A stretch of DNA of 64,000 nt. It comes from Sphingobacteriales bacterium (GTDB lineage Bacteria; Bacteroidota; Bacteroidia; Sphingobacteriales; Sphingobacteriaceae). Position 1 is the first letter of the stretch. Every line of letters starts with the position of its first letter. The stretch is from positions 24,888 through 88,887 of the forward strand of contig JBBRCI010000002.1 in the NCBI GenBank assembly GCA_038204935.1. The letters are read 5' to 3'. Shown here in pieces: positions 20,202 through 30,274 of the stretch. Made by a program: the position numbers and the translations under genes. The notes beneath the pieces were generated by a model, which was not told where the DNA came from, did not search any database, and worked only from the letters and a program-made list of their open reading frames with translations.

Positions 20202-20981
20202 ATGAAAAACCTATTTAAGTTATTGATTGTCATGTTCCTAATTAATCCTTTTTTAAACTCTCACGCTCAGGGCTTACTAAAAAAAATCAAGCAAAAAGTA
20301 GGTCAGGCCACAGATAGAGCTATTGATAAGAAAATTGATCAATCTATTGATAAAAGTGTTGGAGTCTCTCCTGCTGGGAATAATAAAAATTCAGGTCCCG
20401 GGAATAAAGGTGGTGCTGGATTAATAACAGTTCCACCAAATGTGAATGAAAACTTAAAAGATGCCGGGGCTTCCTTTACGGCAAATAATTATGGAGAAGC
20501 CCGATATTCTGTTCAGCAAGCTATGTTAGGTGTTGAAATGGAAATAGGCAAGAAAATTTTAAAGGAATTGCCTGAAACTGTTGCCGGGTTAAAAAAAATT
20601 ACCGACGATGATCAGGTTACAAGTACAGGTTGGGGATGGGCCGGACTTACCATTCAAAGAAATTATAGAGAAAATGATCGTCAGTTAGATTTGGTTATTG
20701 CGAATAATTCTGTGTGGATGGCTGCGGTAAATATGTATTTGGCAAATGGAGGGTATGCACAAACCACAAATAGTCAACAAAACTGGAAACAAACCAAATT
20801 TAAAGGTAATCGGGCGATTATAGAATTTGATCAAAGCTCAGGTTATAAATTAAGCGTTCCCTTAGGACAGACTTCATTAATTGTGTTTAACGGAATTAAT
20901 TTTGATACAGAAAGCAGCTTTATGAATGCACTTTCTGCATTTGACGTTGAGGGAATTAAAAAAACTCTGGGTGAAAAGTAA
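20202..20981 (+). CDS. Secreted hypothetical protein (paralog A of a tandem pair)
   Basis: Signal peptide ending HAQ, basic linker, then a domain alignable by eye to the next ORF. Confidence 0.75.
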   Translation: MKNLFKLLIVMFLINPFLNSHAQGLLKKIKQKVGQATDRAIDKKIDQSIDKSVGVSPAGNNKNSGPGNKGGAGLITVPPNVNENLKDAGASFTANNYGEARYSVQQAMLGVEMEIGKKILKELPETVAGLKKITDDDQVTSTGWGWAGLTIQRNYRENDRQLDLVIANNSVWMAAVNMYLANGGYAQTTNSQQNWKQTKFKGNRAIIEFDQSSGYKLSVPLGQTSLIVFNGINFDTESSFMNALSAFDVEGIKKTLGEK

Positions 20982-20994
20982 TTTAAGAACTATC

Positions 20995-21591
20995 ATGAAA
21001 AAGATATTGATTTTATTGTTCGCGGTAAGTTTAAGTTCAAACCTTTGGGCACAAGATTTTAATAAATATTTGGCAACTGCCCGTACTGCTTATAGTGCAG
21101 GAAAGCTTGAAGATAGTCGTTTTGCTATGGAGCAAATGATGCAGGAATTGGATATGACCATAGGCCGGGAAGTATTGAAATTATTGCCAGCAAAAATGGA
21201 TGCTCTGGAGCAAAATTCTGCAGCAGACAATGTAATAGGTACAGTTGGATTTTTAGGTGTAATGATTCACCGGGATTACGGCAAAAATGATAAAAAGGCA
21301 GAAATAGACATTATTACTAACTCTCCCCTGATTGCTTCTATAAACACCATTTTGGCTATACCTTTTGTGGGAAATTCAAAAGATGGAACTCAAAAAAGAG
21401 TAAAAATTGAAGGATATAAAGGTCTGCTCCAAAAGAATATAGATACTCAGACTAATAAAGTTACTTACGAACTTCAAATACCCTTTAATTCTACTCTTCT
21501 AACTTTTAAAACAACCGATGCAGATGAAAATCAGGTTATGAAAATGGCAAGCCAAATCCCGATTTCTGAGATTGCTAAAATGCTTCAATAA
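20995..21591 (+). CDS. Secreted hypothetical protein (paralog B of a tandem pair)
   Basis: ATG 20995 MKKILILLF signal peptide ending WAQ. Homologous to the upstream ORF. Confidence 0.75.
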   Translation: MKKILILLFAVSLSSNLWAQDFNKYLATARTAYSAGKLEDSRFAMEQMMQELDMTIGREVLKLLPAKMDALEQNSAADNVIGTVGFLGVMIHRDYGKNDKKAEIDIITNSPLIASINTILAIPFVGNSKDGTQKRVKIEGYKGLLQKNIDTQTNKVTYELQIPFNSTLLTFKTTDADENQVMKMASQIPISEIAKMLQ

Positions 21592-21600
21592 AATCTTTTT

Positions 21601-22398
21601 TTAATTAGAAAATATCTGGTTCAATAATCCTGCTAGTCTAACGCCGCCTTTTAACAAACGATCATTTAATACCGAAATGTTGTCAAAATTATATTGGTAA
21701 CTCAATTTATCATCCGGTTTAACTTCATTATATATTTTACGACTCGCCAAGTAAGATTCATTTACCCAGACAGAAACATCATCATTCTGCCAGTTTTTTA
21801 CCTGCTCTTTTGTTGGATGATTTAACACATTTGCGTATTCGGTAAAACTCAATTGCTGATATTCTATCAATTGTTCGTCCCAAACTCGATGTAAATTAGA
21901 AGGTTGGTTAAACCAGAAAACTTTAATTCCGTTACCACCGCTATCTTCTTTTTTGCCCAAATGCATGGGCTGATGAATATCTCCAACAAAATGGATCAGC
22001 AATCTTAAATACATCCTCTTTTTATTGGCGTCCAGGTTTTTGTTTTTAAGTTCAGAGCTGATAAACTTAATACGATTGTAAACATTTGGAGTTGTATCCT
22101 GTTCCATCTCAGTTTTCAAAGCCTGATAATCAAGCATATCTTTGAAATTTGCATAATGCCAGCTACCAAGATAATTGTAAGAAGGATCTGATTTAATAAA
22201 ATCTGCCCAAGTACTGGCCATTGCCAGAGATTCAGTTTCTAAAATTGAAGAAATCTCATTTTTAGTATGTTTTGTCAAATAACAGGAAGCAATTTTTCCC
22301 ACAATGCGATGGCCCGTCATTCCCCAGGCCATAGCTTGAACAGGAGCATAGATGAAAAGGCTTATTAAAGCCAAATTTTTTAAATAATTGAATTTCAT
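21601..22398 (-). CDS. S1/P1 nuclease
   Basis: Signal peptide followed by WGMTGHRIV, WADFIK, WHY, HFVGDIHQPMH and NLHRVWD zinc-ligand motifs. Confidence 0.93.
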   Translation of the reverse strand: MKFNYLKNLALISLFIYAPVQAMAWGMTGHRIVGKIASCYLTKHTKNEISSILETESLAMASTWADFIKSDPSYNYLGSWHYANFKDMLDYQALKTEMEQDTTPNVYNRIKFISSELKNKNLDANKKRMYLRLLIHFVGDIHQPMHLGKKEDSGGNGIKVFWFNQPSNLHRVWDEQLIEYQQLSFTEYANVLNHPTKEQVKNWQNDDVSVWVNESYLASRKIYNEVKPDDKLSYQYNFDNISVLNDRLLKGGVRLAGLLNQIFSN

Positions 22399-22403
22399 AA
22401 GTA

Positions 22404-22901
22404 CTAATTAACAGGTTTTGGTTTGCAGGAGGTTCTTTCTTTCAGAGTTAGTTTTAACGGAAAATGTTGCTGCATGCTTTCCAGATTCAAACTATCTCCA
22501 GTATGATTTTTTATGATAAAACTTTCGAGATATTGCCCGTTTCTAAAGCAACCACTTATTTTTTGCTTGAAATTTGATTTGGCAAAAGTTCCTGATAAGT
22601 AAAGAGTATCTTTTTTAATTAGATAGCCACCTTTTGCGTATTCCGTCCATTGACCGGAACTATAACACGTATCCGGATTGATATTCACCTTTGACGTAGT
22701 TTTAAAAGTTATAAAAAATGAATCGCAGTCAAATTTGATGGTGTGCCGGGTAAATTGTAATAACTGATCCGCATATTCAACTTCTTCTTCTTGCCATTCG
22801 CCCTGTACGTAATCTGTTCCTTTATTTTGCAGATTGGGATTAAATCTGCAAGATGAAAATAAGGCAGTTAAAAAAATTAAAGCAGTTAAAAATTTATTCA
22901 T
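22404..22901 (-). CDS. Hypothetical lipoprotein
   Basis: Lipobox FSSC, VQGEW strand, four additional cysteines. No recognisable catalytic motif. Confidence 0.7.
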   Translation of the reverse strand: MNKFLTALIFLTALFSSCRFNPNLQNKGTDYVQGEWQEEEVEYADQLLQFTRHTIKFDCDSFFITFKTTSKVNINPDTCYSSGQWTEYAKGGYLIKKDTLYLSGTFAKSNFKQKISGCFRNGQYLESFIIKNHTGDSLNLESMQQHFPLKLTLKERTSCKPKPVN

Positions 22902-22913
22902 ATTTATATTAAA

Positions 22914-22931
22914 ATCCCCCTTGCGGGGGAT
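22914..22931 (-). terminator. Rho-independent terminator after fumC
   Basis: ATCCCCC-TTGC-GGGGGAT hairpin followed by a T tract on the minus strand. Confidence 0.7.
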
Positions 22932-22942
22932 GAATTATCAGA

Positions 22943-24340
22943 TTATTTTAAACCACCAATCATATCCTCCGGACGAACCCACTGATCAAATTGTTCATTG
23001 GTCAGTAATCCTAAGCCCAGGGCAGCTTCCCGTAAGGAAGTATTTTCTTTTAATGCTTTCTTAGCAATTTTTGCAGCATTTTCATAACCGATATGTGGAT
23101 TCAAAGCCGTTACCAGCATTAATGAATTTTCTAAATGCTTTTTAATTCCAGCATAATTTGGTTCAATTCCTGATACACAATGATCAGTAAATGAAACGCA
23201 GGCATCGCCGATTAACCTGGCAGATTGCAGAAAATTTGCAGCCATTACCGGTTTAAAAACATTTAATTCATAATGGCCGTTAGAACCGCTAATAGAAATA
23301 CTTACATCATTACCCATAACCTGGGCGGCAACCATAGTTACAGCTTCATTCTGAGTAGGATTTACTTTTCCGGGCATAATAGAAGATCCTGGCTCGTTAT
23401 CCGGAATATGAATTTCCCCGATTCCGGAACGCGGACCAGAAGCCAGCATACGAATATCATTTGCAATTTTCATTAATGAAACCGCCAATTGCTTTAATGC
23501 TCCATGTGTTTCCACGATGGCATCATGAGCTGCTAATGCTTCAAATTTATTTTCAGCCGTTCTGAAAGGTAATCCGGTAAATTCAGCAATATAAGAAGCC
23601 ACTTTTACATCATAACCTTTAGGTGTATTAATTCCTGTTCCTACAGCGGTTCCGCCTAAAGCTAACTCTGATAAATGATCAAGGGTGTTATTTAACGCTT
23701 TTAAGCCGTGAGAAAGTTGAGAAACATATCCGGAAAATTCCTGTCCCAGTGTTAATGGTGTTGCATCCATTAGGTGCGTACGACCAATTTTAACCACATC
23801 TTTAAAAGACTCAGCTTTTGCATTTAAAGAATCACGAAGTTTTTCAACTCCCGGAATTGTAACCTCGGCAACCATTTTATAAGCTGCAATATGCATTGCA
23901 GTTGGGAAAGTATCATTTGATGATTGCGACTTGTTAACATCATCATTTGGATGAATAAAAGTTTTCCCTTCGCCAAGCTTATTTCCTTGTAAAACATGAG
24001 AACGGTTGGCTACAACTTCATTCACATTCATGTTAGATTGAGTGCCGGAGCCCGTTTGCCAGATTACCAATGGAAACTCAGAAGTTAATTTACCTTCCAG
24101 AATTTCATCACAAACAGCAGCTATCAGATCTCTTTTATCAGCACGAAGAACTCCGCAATCTGTATTTGTATAAGCAGCCGCCTTTTTTAAATAAGCAAAA
24201 GCTGCAATTATTTCTGAAGGCATTGACGCTTCAGGTCCGATTTTAAAATTATTACGCGAACGTTGTGTTTGGGCACCCCAATATTTATCGGCTGGTACCT
24301 GTACTTCGCCCATTGTATCGTGTTCAACTCTGTAAGTCAT
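22943..24340 (-). CDS. fumC: Fumarate hydratase class II
   Basis: [36 protein letters not shown] and the [13 protein letters not shown] signature. Confidence 0.98.
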   Translation of the reverse strand: MTYRVEHDTMGEVQVPADKYWGAQTQRSRNNFKIGPEASMPSEIIAAFAYLKKAAAYTNTDCGVLRADKRDLIAAVCDEILEGKLTSEFPLVIWQTGSGTQSNMNVNEVVANRSHVLQGNKLGEGKTFIHPNDDVNKSQSSNDTFPTAMHIAAYKMVAEVTIPGVEKLRDSLNAKAESFKDVVKIGRTHLMDATPLTLGQEFSGYVSQLSHGLKALNNTLDHLSELALGGTAVGTGINTPKGYDVKVASYIAEFTGLPFRTAENKFEALAAHDAIVETHGALKQLAVSLMKIANDIRMLASGPRSGIGEIHIPDNEPGSSIMPGKVNPTQNEAVTMVAAQVMGNDVSISISGSNGHYELNVFKPVMAANFLQSARLIGDACVSFTDHCVSGIEPNYAGIKKHLENSLMLVTALNPHIGYENAAKIAKKALKENTSLREAALGLGLLTNEQFDQWVRPEDMIGGLK

Positions 24341-24550
24341 TTTATTGAATTTTGATTTGCTGCAAATTTATATTTTTTAAGATAGAATGCACTCAGATTA
24401 AATAAATGATAAAATAATTAGTTTTTATTCTGCCGAAACTTACTTTTGCGACTGTCGTATTCTACTAAGTTGAAAACTCTTCTAGAAAGTTCAATGCAAT
24501 AATTTCTAATTTTCGCCATTCTATTGATATATCTATTTTAAAATCCAGTA

Positions 24551-25771
24551 ATGATATTTTGTTTCCGTAATACTTTTGCAGTTTTTGCTACGCTTTTTTG
24601 TCTTGCCTCTTGTAATTCTTCCACTTCCAGAAATATCAGCAACGCTGCTGAGAAAGTTGATCATAAAAAAGAAGACAGTCTTTTATTAGTTTATAATCCT
24701 AAAAAAGAGAACAAGAAGATTGATGAGTTCATGCAAAATCTTCATCGCAAATATGGATTTAATGGAAATGTTCTGGTAGCTAAAAAAGGAAAGATCATTT
24801 ATCAGAACGCAATTGGCTGGGCAGATTATTTACATCGCGATAGCCTGGAAATAAATTCTAAATTTGAACTTGCTTCTGTTACCAAACCATTTACAGCAAC
24901 CGGAATAATGATTTTAGCTGAACGTGGAAAGCTAAAATTGAATCAGGATGTAAAGGAATTCTTCCCAAATTTCCCCTACGAAGGCATTACGATTAAAATG
25001 CTTTTAACTCACCGCTCCGGCATGATGAATTACGTTTATTTTACAGATAATATCTGGAAAGATAAGCGCAAAGGCATGTCTAACACCGATGTGATGAATT
25101 TAATTGCTGAATATAAACCGGCACCATACAATAAACCGGATAAAAAATTCCATTACAACAATTCTAATTTTATGGTTTTAGGAGCCATAATTGAAAAGGT
25201 AAGTGGTAAGTCATATGCAGATTTTATGAAAGAAAATGTATTTATTCCTTGCGGGATGAAAAATACAAACGTCTATTCAAAAGTGAAATATGATAAAATT
25301 CCTGTAGATGTTGTTGGTCATGATAAAATTTGGAGACGTTCTGTAGTACAAAATTTCTTGGACGGACCGGTTGGTGATAAAGGTATTTACAGTACTGTTC
25401 AGGATCTGTTTTTATTTGATAGAGCCATGCGTCAGGGTAGAATATTGAGCAAAACTTCTATGGATTCTATGTATGCACCACATAACAATATTGAGCGGGG
25501 TCATTTTAATTATGGTTACGGCTGGAGAATGTTCGAAGACAAAAATGAAAAAGTTCTGTATCATACAGGCTGGTGGCATGGGTTCAGACATATTTACCTG
25601 CGTGATATGAAAAATGATGTAACTGTAATACTGCTTAGCAATCTAACCAACGGAAGTTTGTTAAAACTGGATGATCTCTATAAAATGGTGGGCATGCCTG
25701 TAGTTCGAAAAAGTGCATATTATGGTAACGGAGCCTCAACAGTGGCGCCGGGAGATCCTTCTGATGAATAA
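24551..25771 (+). CDS. Serine hydrolase, beta-lactamase/PBP-like lipoprotein
   Basis: Lipobox LASC, SxxK (SVTK), YxN (YNN) and HTG motifs. Confidence 0.88.
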   Translation: MIFCFRNTFAVFATLFCLASCNSSTSRNISNAAEKVDHKKEDSLLLVYNPKKENKKIDEFMQNLHRKYGFNGNVLVAKKGKIIYQNAIGWADYLHRDSLEINSKFELASVTKPFTATGIMILAERGKLKLNQDVKEFFPNFPYEGITIKMLLTHRSGMMNYVYFTDNIWKDKRKGMSNTDVMNLIAEYKPAPYNKPDKKFHYNNSNFMVLGAIIEKVSGKSYADFMKENVFIPCGMKNTNVYSKVKYDKIPVDVVGHDKIWRRSVVQNFLDGPVGDKGIYSTVQDLFLFDRAMRQGRILSKTSMDSMYAPHNNIERGHFNYGYGWRMFEDKNEKVLYHTGWWHGFRHIYLRDMKNDVTVILLSNLTNGSLLKLDDLYKMVGMPVVRKSAYYGNGASTVAPGDPSDE

Positions 25772-25967
25772 AAGACTAAAACCGCAGCTAACTTTATTTT
25801 ATAAATTATATTTTATTGTAACCTATGCATTGGTTGTAACGTAAATGTTTTGACTATTAAACTGTTTTGGGTGAATTAGAAATCTCCCATATTTACACCT
25901 AAATCTCTGTTTTTCAGATATTTTAAATGAATTAGATATCTACTTAAATTTGTGAACATAAAATAAA

Positions 25968-26348
25968 ATGAGCAAAGTTTTTATAATTGACGACGACTCA
26001 ATCCATCAGCGCATTGCGCAGATAATGATTGAGAAGCATCAGCTTTTTGATCACTATACCAGTTTTACAGAAGCAGAACGTGCTATCGCATTTATAAAAG
26101 AAAATAAGAACAATGAGCAGGCTTTACCTGATGTAATTTTATTAGATCTTAATATGCCTGTAATTGATGGATGGGATTTTCTGGATTTGTATGAAAACTT
26201 TCGTCAGGAACTTATTAAAATAATTCGGATTTTCATTGTTACATCTTCTGTAGATGAAAAGGATATTTTAAAATCTCGAACTTATTCTTCTGTAATCGGA
26301 TTTATCTCAAAACCACTTTCTCCTGATATTATCCGAAGCACTATCTAA
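25968..26348 (+). CDS. Single-domain response regulator
   Basis: IIDDD, LLDLNMPVIDGW, VTSS and SKPL; no output domain. TAAATTTG -7 box upstream. Confidence 0.9.
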   Translation: MSKVFIIDDDSIHQRIAQIMIEKHQLFDHYTSFTEAERAIAFIKENKNNEQALPDVILLDLNMPVIDGWDFLDLYENFRQELIKIIRIFIVTSSVDEKDILKSRTYSSVIGFISKPLSPDIIRSTI

Positions 26349-26395
26349 ACCTTTCTTCCTTAAGAATGTTATTTTTGAATAAAATCAAAAGTATT

Positions 26396-26701
26396 ATGTT
26401 CGATAAAATAGTTGAAGCTCAGAAAAAAGCCGAAGAAATAAAGAAGAATCTGGATAACATTTCTGTAGATTCTGAAGTAGAGGGTGGAAAAATAAAAATC
26501 CGTGCAACCGCAAATAAAGCAATTACCTCCATTGACATTAATGCCGATTTTTTAAAATCAGCAGATAAAGAAGAATTGGAAGAGCTTTTATTAACAGCCC
26601 TAAATAAAGCTTTAAGCAAAGCTGATGAGGTTAGTCAGGCAGAAATGCAAGCTGCTACCCGAGATATGATGGGTGATTTGGGAAATTTATTCGGTAAGTA
26701 A
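26396..26701 (+). CDS. YbaB/EbfC nucleoid-associated protein
   Basis: EGGKIKIRATAN, ITSIDI and ELEELLLTALNKAL. ATG 26396 follows a TATTTTTG -7 box at 26370-26377. Confidence 0.88.
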   Translation: MFDKIVEAQKKAEEIKKNLDNISVDSEVEGGKIKIRATANKAITSIDINADFLKSADKEELEELLLTALNKALSKADEVSQAEMQAATRDMMGDLGNLFGK

Positions 26702-26709
26702 GATTAAAT

Positions 26710-27387
26710 ATGAAAGCTACTTATTTAGGGCATTCCTGTGTCCAGTTAGAACTTAAATCCAAGACCCTCCTCTTTGATCCCTTTATACGTCCCAACAAAC
26801 TGGCTTCTGAAATTGATGTGGCCTCTCTAAAACCCAATTATATATTAATATCTCACGGGCATGGTGATCATATTGCGGACCTGGAAGAAATTTATAAAAA
26901 TAGCAATGCTACTGTAATTTGTATTGCTGATGTTCAGGCTTGGCTGGGTAAAAAAGGAATTGAAAACGTTCACACAATGAACATTGGCGGATCATTCAAA
27001 TTTGACTTTGGCCGTGTAAAAATGGTAAATGCAATTCATTCCAGTTCATTGCCAGACGGAACTTACGGAGGAAATCCGGCTGGGTTTGTGGTAGATGCTG
27101 ATGAGAGGAAAATTTACTTTGCCGGAGATACCTCACTGCATTCTGATATGCAATTTTTAGCGAATGAACATCTCAACTGGGCTTTTTTGCCTATCGGCGA
27201 TAATTTTACCATGGGAATTGACGATGCTATTTTAGCAGCCAGAATGATCAACTGCGATAATGTTATCGGAATTCATTACAACACTTTCCCTGTTATTGAA
27301 ATTGATATTAATGAAGCAAAGCGAAAATTTTCTGATGCGAACATTAATTTTAAAATAATGGAAATTGGAGATTCATTGATTCTTTAA
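26710..27387 (+). CDS. Metallo-beta-lactamase-fold metal-dependent hydrolase (UPF0173-like)
   Basis: YLGHS, SHGHGDH, AIHSSS, YFAGDT, LPIGDNFTMG and GIHYNTF. Confidence 0.9.
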   Translation: MKATYLGHSCVQLELKSKTLLFDPFIRPNKLASEIDVASLKPNYILISHGHGDHIADLEEIYKNSNATVICIADVQAWLGKKGIENVHTMNIGGSFKFDFGRVKMVNAIHSSSLPDGTYGGNPAGFVVDADERKIYFAGDTSLHSDMQFLANEHLNWAFLPIGDNFTMGIDDAILAARMINCDNVIGIHYNTFPVIEIDINEAKRKFSDANINFKIMEIGDSLIL

Positions 27388-27389
27388 CC

Positions 27390-27417
27390 AAAAAAAGCCC
27401 TGAAAAGGGCTCTTTTT
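27390..27417. terminator. Bidirectional rho-independent terminator
   Basis: A tract, AGCCCT-GAAA-AGGGCT, T tract, between convergent genes. Confidence 0.75.
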
Positions 27418-27435
27418 ATTGACTCAGGATTGATA

Positions 27436-28704
27436 TTAAGATATTACTTTACTGTTTTCGATAACCGCACCTTTTTTAATCACTATAATTCCATCTTTAA
27501 TGGTATAGCATTCAAAATCACCGTCTTCCATATCGGGGCTACCAATTATTCTAACATCATTACCTATATGGCAATTCTTATCAAGTATTGCGTTTTTAAT
27601 ATAACAACGATCACCGATTCCCATAATCGGGTCACTTGTTACAACAGAGCTTTTTAGTTCATCCAGTGTCTGGTAGTAATCATTACCCATCACGTAAGTA
27701 TTAACAATGGTTGTACCATTGCCAATTCTTGTTCTGATACCAATTACAGAACGCTCAATTCTACTGGCATTAATGATGCAACCATCAGAAATAACAGTTT
27801 TTTCTAAAGTTGTGCCTGATATTTTTGAAGGCGGAAGCATTCTTGCCCTTGAGAAAATTGGTTTTTTATCAAACAGATTAAACTGTGGAATATCATCTGT
27901 AAGACCAATATTTGCATCAAAAAATGAATGAATATTACCAATATCTGTCCAGTAACCTTCATACTGGTAACTCATTACTTTATGGTTTTTCAATGATTGC
28001 GGAATAATTTCTTTGCCAAAATCGGTTGATTCATTTCCTTCTAGTAAACTAAAAAGTACTCCTTTATTGAAAACATAAATTCCCATCGAAGCTAAATAAT
28101 GACGGCCTTGAGATTTCATATTTTCCCCAACATCAGAAACCCAGTCGCTCAGAAGGTCTGCAGCAGGCTTTTCAATAAATGAAGTTATGAAGTGGTTTTT
28201 ATCTGTTTTCATAATGCCGAAACTAGTTGCTTCTTTGGCATTTACGGGTATAGTGGCAATTGAAATTTCTGCCTGACTTTCTTCATGATTTTTAATCATT
28301 TGCTGAAAGTCCATTTGATACAACTGGTCTCCGGATAAGATTAACAAATAATCATATTCATGCTGAGCAAAATGATGCAGACATTGTCGCACAGCATCTG
28401 CCGTACCCTGAAACCATGTTGTGTTATGCGGAGTTTGTTCAGCAGCTAAAATATCTACAAAGGCATCACTAAAAATGCTGAAGTGATACGTGTTCTTGAT
28501 ATGTTTATTAAGTGATGCCGAATTAAACTGAGTAACAACAAAAATTCTTTCAATACCAGCGTTCATACAATTGGAGATAGGTATATCCACTAATCTGTAT
28601 TTCCCTGCAATTGGTACCGCTGGTTTAGAACGGGTTGAAGTTAGAGGGTAAAGACGTGAACCTTGTCCGCCGCCAAGCACTACGCATATTACTTTATAAT
28701 CCAT
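27436..28704 (-). CDS. glgC: Glucose-1-phosphate adenylyltransferase
   Basis: LGGGQGSRLYPLT, RSKPAVPIAGKYRLVDIPISNC, GTADAVRQ, LSGDQLY and YWTDIG. Confidence 0.97.
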   Translation of the reverse strand: MDYKVICVVLGGGQGSRLYPLTSTRSKPAVPIAGKYRLVDIPISNCMNAGIERIFVVTQFNSASLNKHIKNTYHFSIFSDAFVDILAAEQTPHNTTWFQGTADAVRQCLHHFAQHEYDYLLILSGDQLYQMDFQQMIKNHEESQAEISIATIPVNAKEATSFGIMKTDKNHFITSFIEKPAADLLSDWVSDVGENMKSQGRHYLASMGIYVFNKGVLFSLLEGNESTDFGKEIIPQSLKNHKVMSYQYEGYWTDIGNIHSFFDANIGLTDDIPQFNLFDKKPIFSRARMLPPSKISGTTLEKTVISDGCIINASRIERSVIGIRTRIGNGTTIVNTYVMGNDYYQTLDELKSSVVTSDPIMGIGDRCYIKNAILDKNCHIGNDVRIIGSPDMEDGDFECYTIKDGIIVIKKGAVIENSKVIS

Positions 28705-30127
28705 GTTTTAAGGGTATTAAACTTTGATATAACTGTATATATTCTTTTGCTGATTTGTCCCAGGAAAAATTGAGAGTCATCATTTTTTTAATCAAACCTG
28801 ATAGCTTTTCGGGTTCATTAAAAAGTTTAATGGCTCTGCCAATGGCATTCATCGCATCATTTACACTGGCTTTTTCAAATTTGATCCCATAACCATCAGG
28901 ATCTTCAAAATCAATTATGGTATCAGCCAAACCACCGGTATTATTTACAATTGGTAATGTACCATATCTTAAAGAATAAAGCTGATTTAAACCGCAAGGC
29001 TCAACCCGCGAAGGCATTATTATAAAATCTGCACCTGCATAGATTCGATGAGCAAGGTCTTCATCATAACCAATAAATAAGGCGTACTGTTTTTTGAATT
29101 TATTTCTAAGATTTGTCAGTTCTTTTTCAATCGACTTTTCTCCTGAACCCAGAATCAGAAAACTTGCTTTGTTTTTATGTTTTGTTAGCGTTTGGCTAAT
29201 TATTTCCGGAAGTAAGTCGGCCCCTTTCTCACCTACAAGTCGTCCAATAAACACAAATAAGGGAAGTTTTTCATTCAACCCAAATTCTTTGCAAAGCTGA
29301 GATTTACTTAGCTTCTTCCCATGAGAAAAAGTTTCACTGTTAAAATGATTTTCAATTCTCGGATCCGTTTCCGGATTCCAAACTTCTGTATCTATTCCGT
29401 TTATAATTCCCTGACCTTTTTGTGCTTCCATTTGGAAAAGAAGTTCTAAGCCATTAGAATTGTAAGATAATTCTTTTAGATATCCGGGAGAAACTGTAGT
29501 AAATTTCCAGCAGCTTTTAACAGCAGTTGCAAGAGAGTTTATACAGCCGCCCCAATCTAAAAATCCGGCTTTTGAAAGATCAATTTCAGGGAGATAACTT
29601 ACTTTATCCCAGCCAAACCAGCCCTGATATTCACCATTATGGATGGTGCATACCGTGGGAATATTTCGTAATGAATTATATCTCGCAGAATGCGAAACTA
29701 AAAATGGAATTAATCCGGTGTGATGATCATGACAATGAATAATATCGGGCTCAGAATTAGTTTGAACCATCCACTCCAAAAAAGCTATTTGAAAAGCAAT
29801 GAATTGTTCAATTTCATCCGGATAACAATACACTTCCTGTCGGTCAACCAATCCCGGAATTTTAATGAGATATAAAGGAAAACCAAGAATATTGGTTTTT
29901 TCTTTTAAAATGCTAAAATTGAAATCTTTATGACCCAATTTCCCACAACCTTCAAAAACAGTTTCGAATTTATTTTCACGCGTAAATTTTCGATCGTAAA
30001 AAGGCATTACAACCCAGGCATCAACATCAAGAGAATTCATATATTTTGGAAGCGCACCAACTACATCTCCTAAACCTCCAACTTTGGCTACGGGATAGCA
30101 TTCTGCACTTAGGTGAATAACATTCAT
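28694..30127 (-). CDS. glgA: Glycogen synthase
   Basis: KVGGLGDV (KxGG), HCHDHH, TIHNGEYQG, GIINGID and PSRVEPCGLNQ. Start ATG 30127 or 30136. Confidence 0.95.
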   Translation of the reverse strand: MNVIHLSAECYPVAKVGGLGDVVGALPKYMNSLDVDAWVVMPFYDRKFTRENKFETVFEGCGKLGHKDFNFSILKEKTNILGFPLYLIKIPGLVDRQEVYCYPDEIEQFIAFQIAFLEWMVQTNSEPDIIHCHDHHTGLIPFLVSHSARYNSLRNIPTVCTIHNGEYQGWFGWDKVSYLPEIDLSKAGFLDWGGCINSLATAVKSCWKFTTVSPGYLKELSYNSNGLELLFQMEAQKGQGIINGIDTEVWNPETDPRIENHFNSETFSHGKKLSKSQLCKEFGLNEKLPLFVFIGRLVGEKGADLLPEIISQTLTKHKNKASFLILGSGEKSIEKELTNLRNKFKKQYALFIGYDEDLAHRIYAGADFIIMPSRVEPCGLNQLYSLRYGTLPIVNNTGGLADTIIDFEDPDGYGIKFEKASVNDAMNAIGRAIKLFNEPEKLSGLIKKMMTLNFSWDKSAKEYIQLYQSLIPLKHGL

Positions 30128-30221
30128 AAAATACATTTGGTGTCTTAATTTAATAAATGTTACTGAATATCCCAGAAAATATCGTTTCTCTTTACAAAAT
30201 AACTAATTAAAATATTATCGA

Positions 30222-30274
30222 TTTTGCCGGATGAAGAGTAATGCGCTTCCAGCCAGTTTTATCCCTGATAAATT
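30222..30274 (+). repeat. 53-bp degenerate direct copy of the polA 3' end (partner at 30658-30710)
   Basis: TTTTGCCGGATGAAGAGTAATGCGCTTCCAGCCAGTTTTATCCCTGATAAATT versus TTTTGCCGGATGAAAATTAATGCGCTTCCAGCCAGTTTTCTCCCTGACCAATT; 48/53 identical by manual alignment. Confidence 0.92.

Noticed and set aside
22864-22892. 18-bp-period repeat GCAGTTAAAAA with an A7 tract in a lipoprotein signal peptide
   Set aside because: It encodes the hydrophobic LTAL-IF-LTAL-F; two copies and a short tract do not support phase variation.
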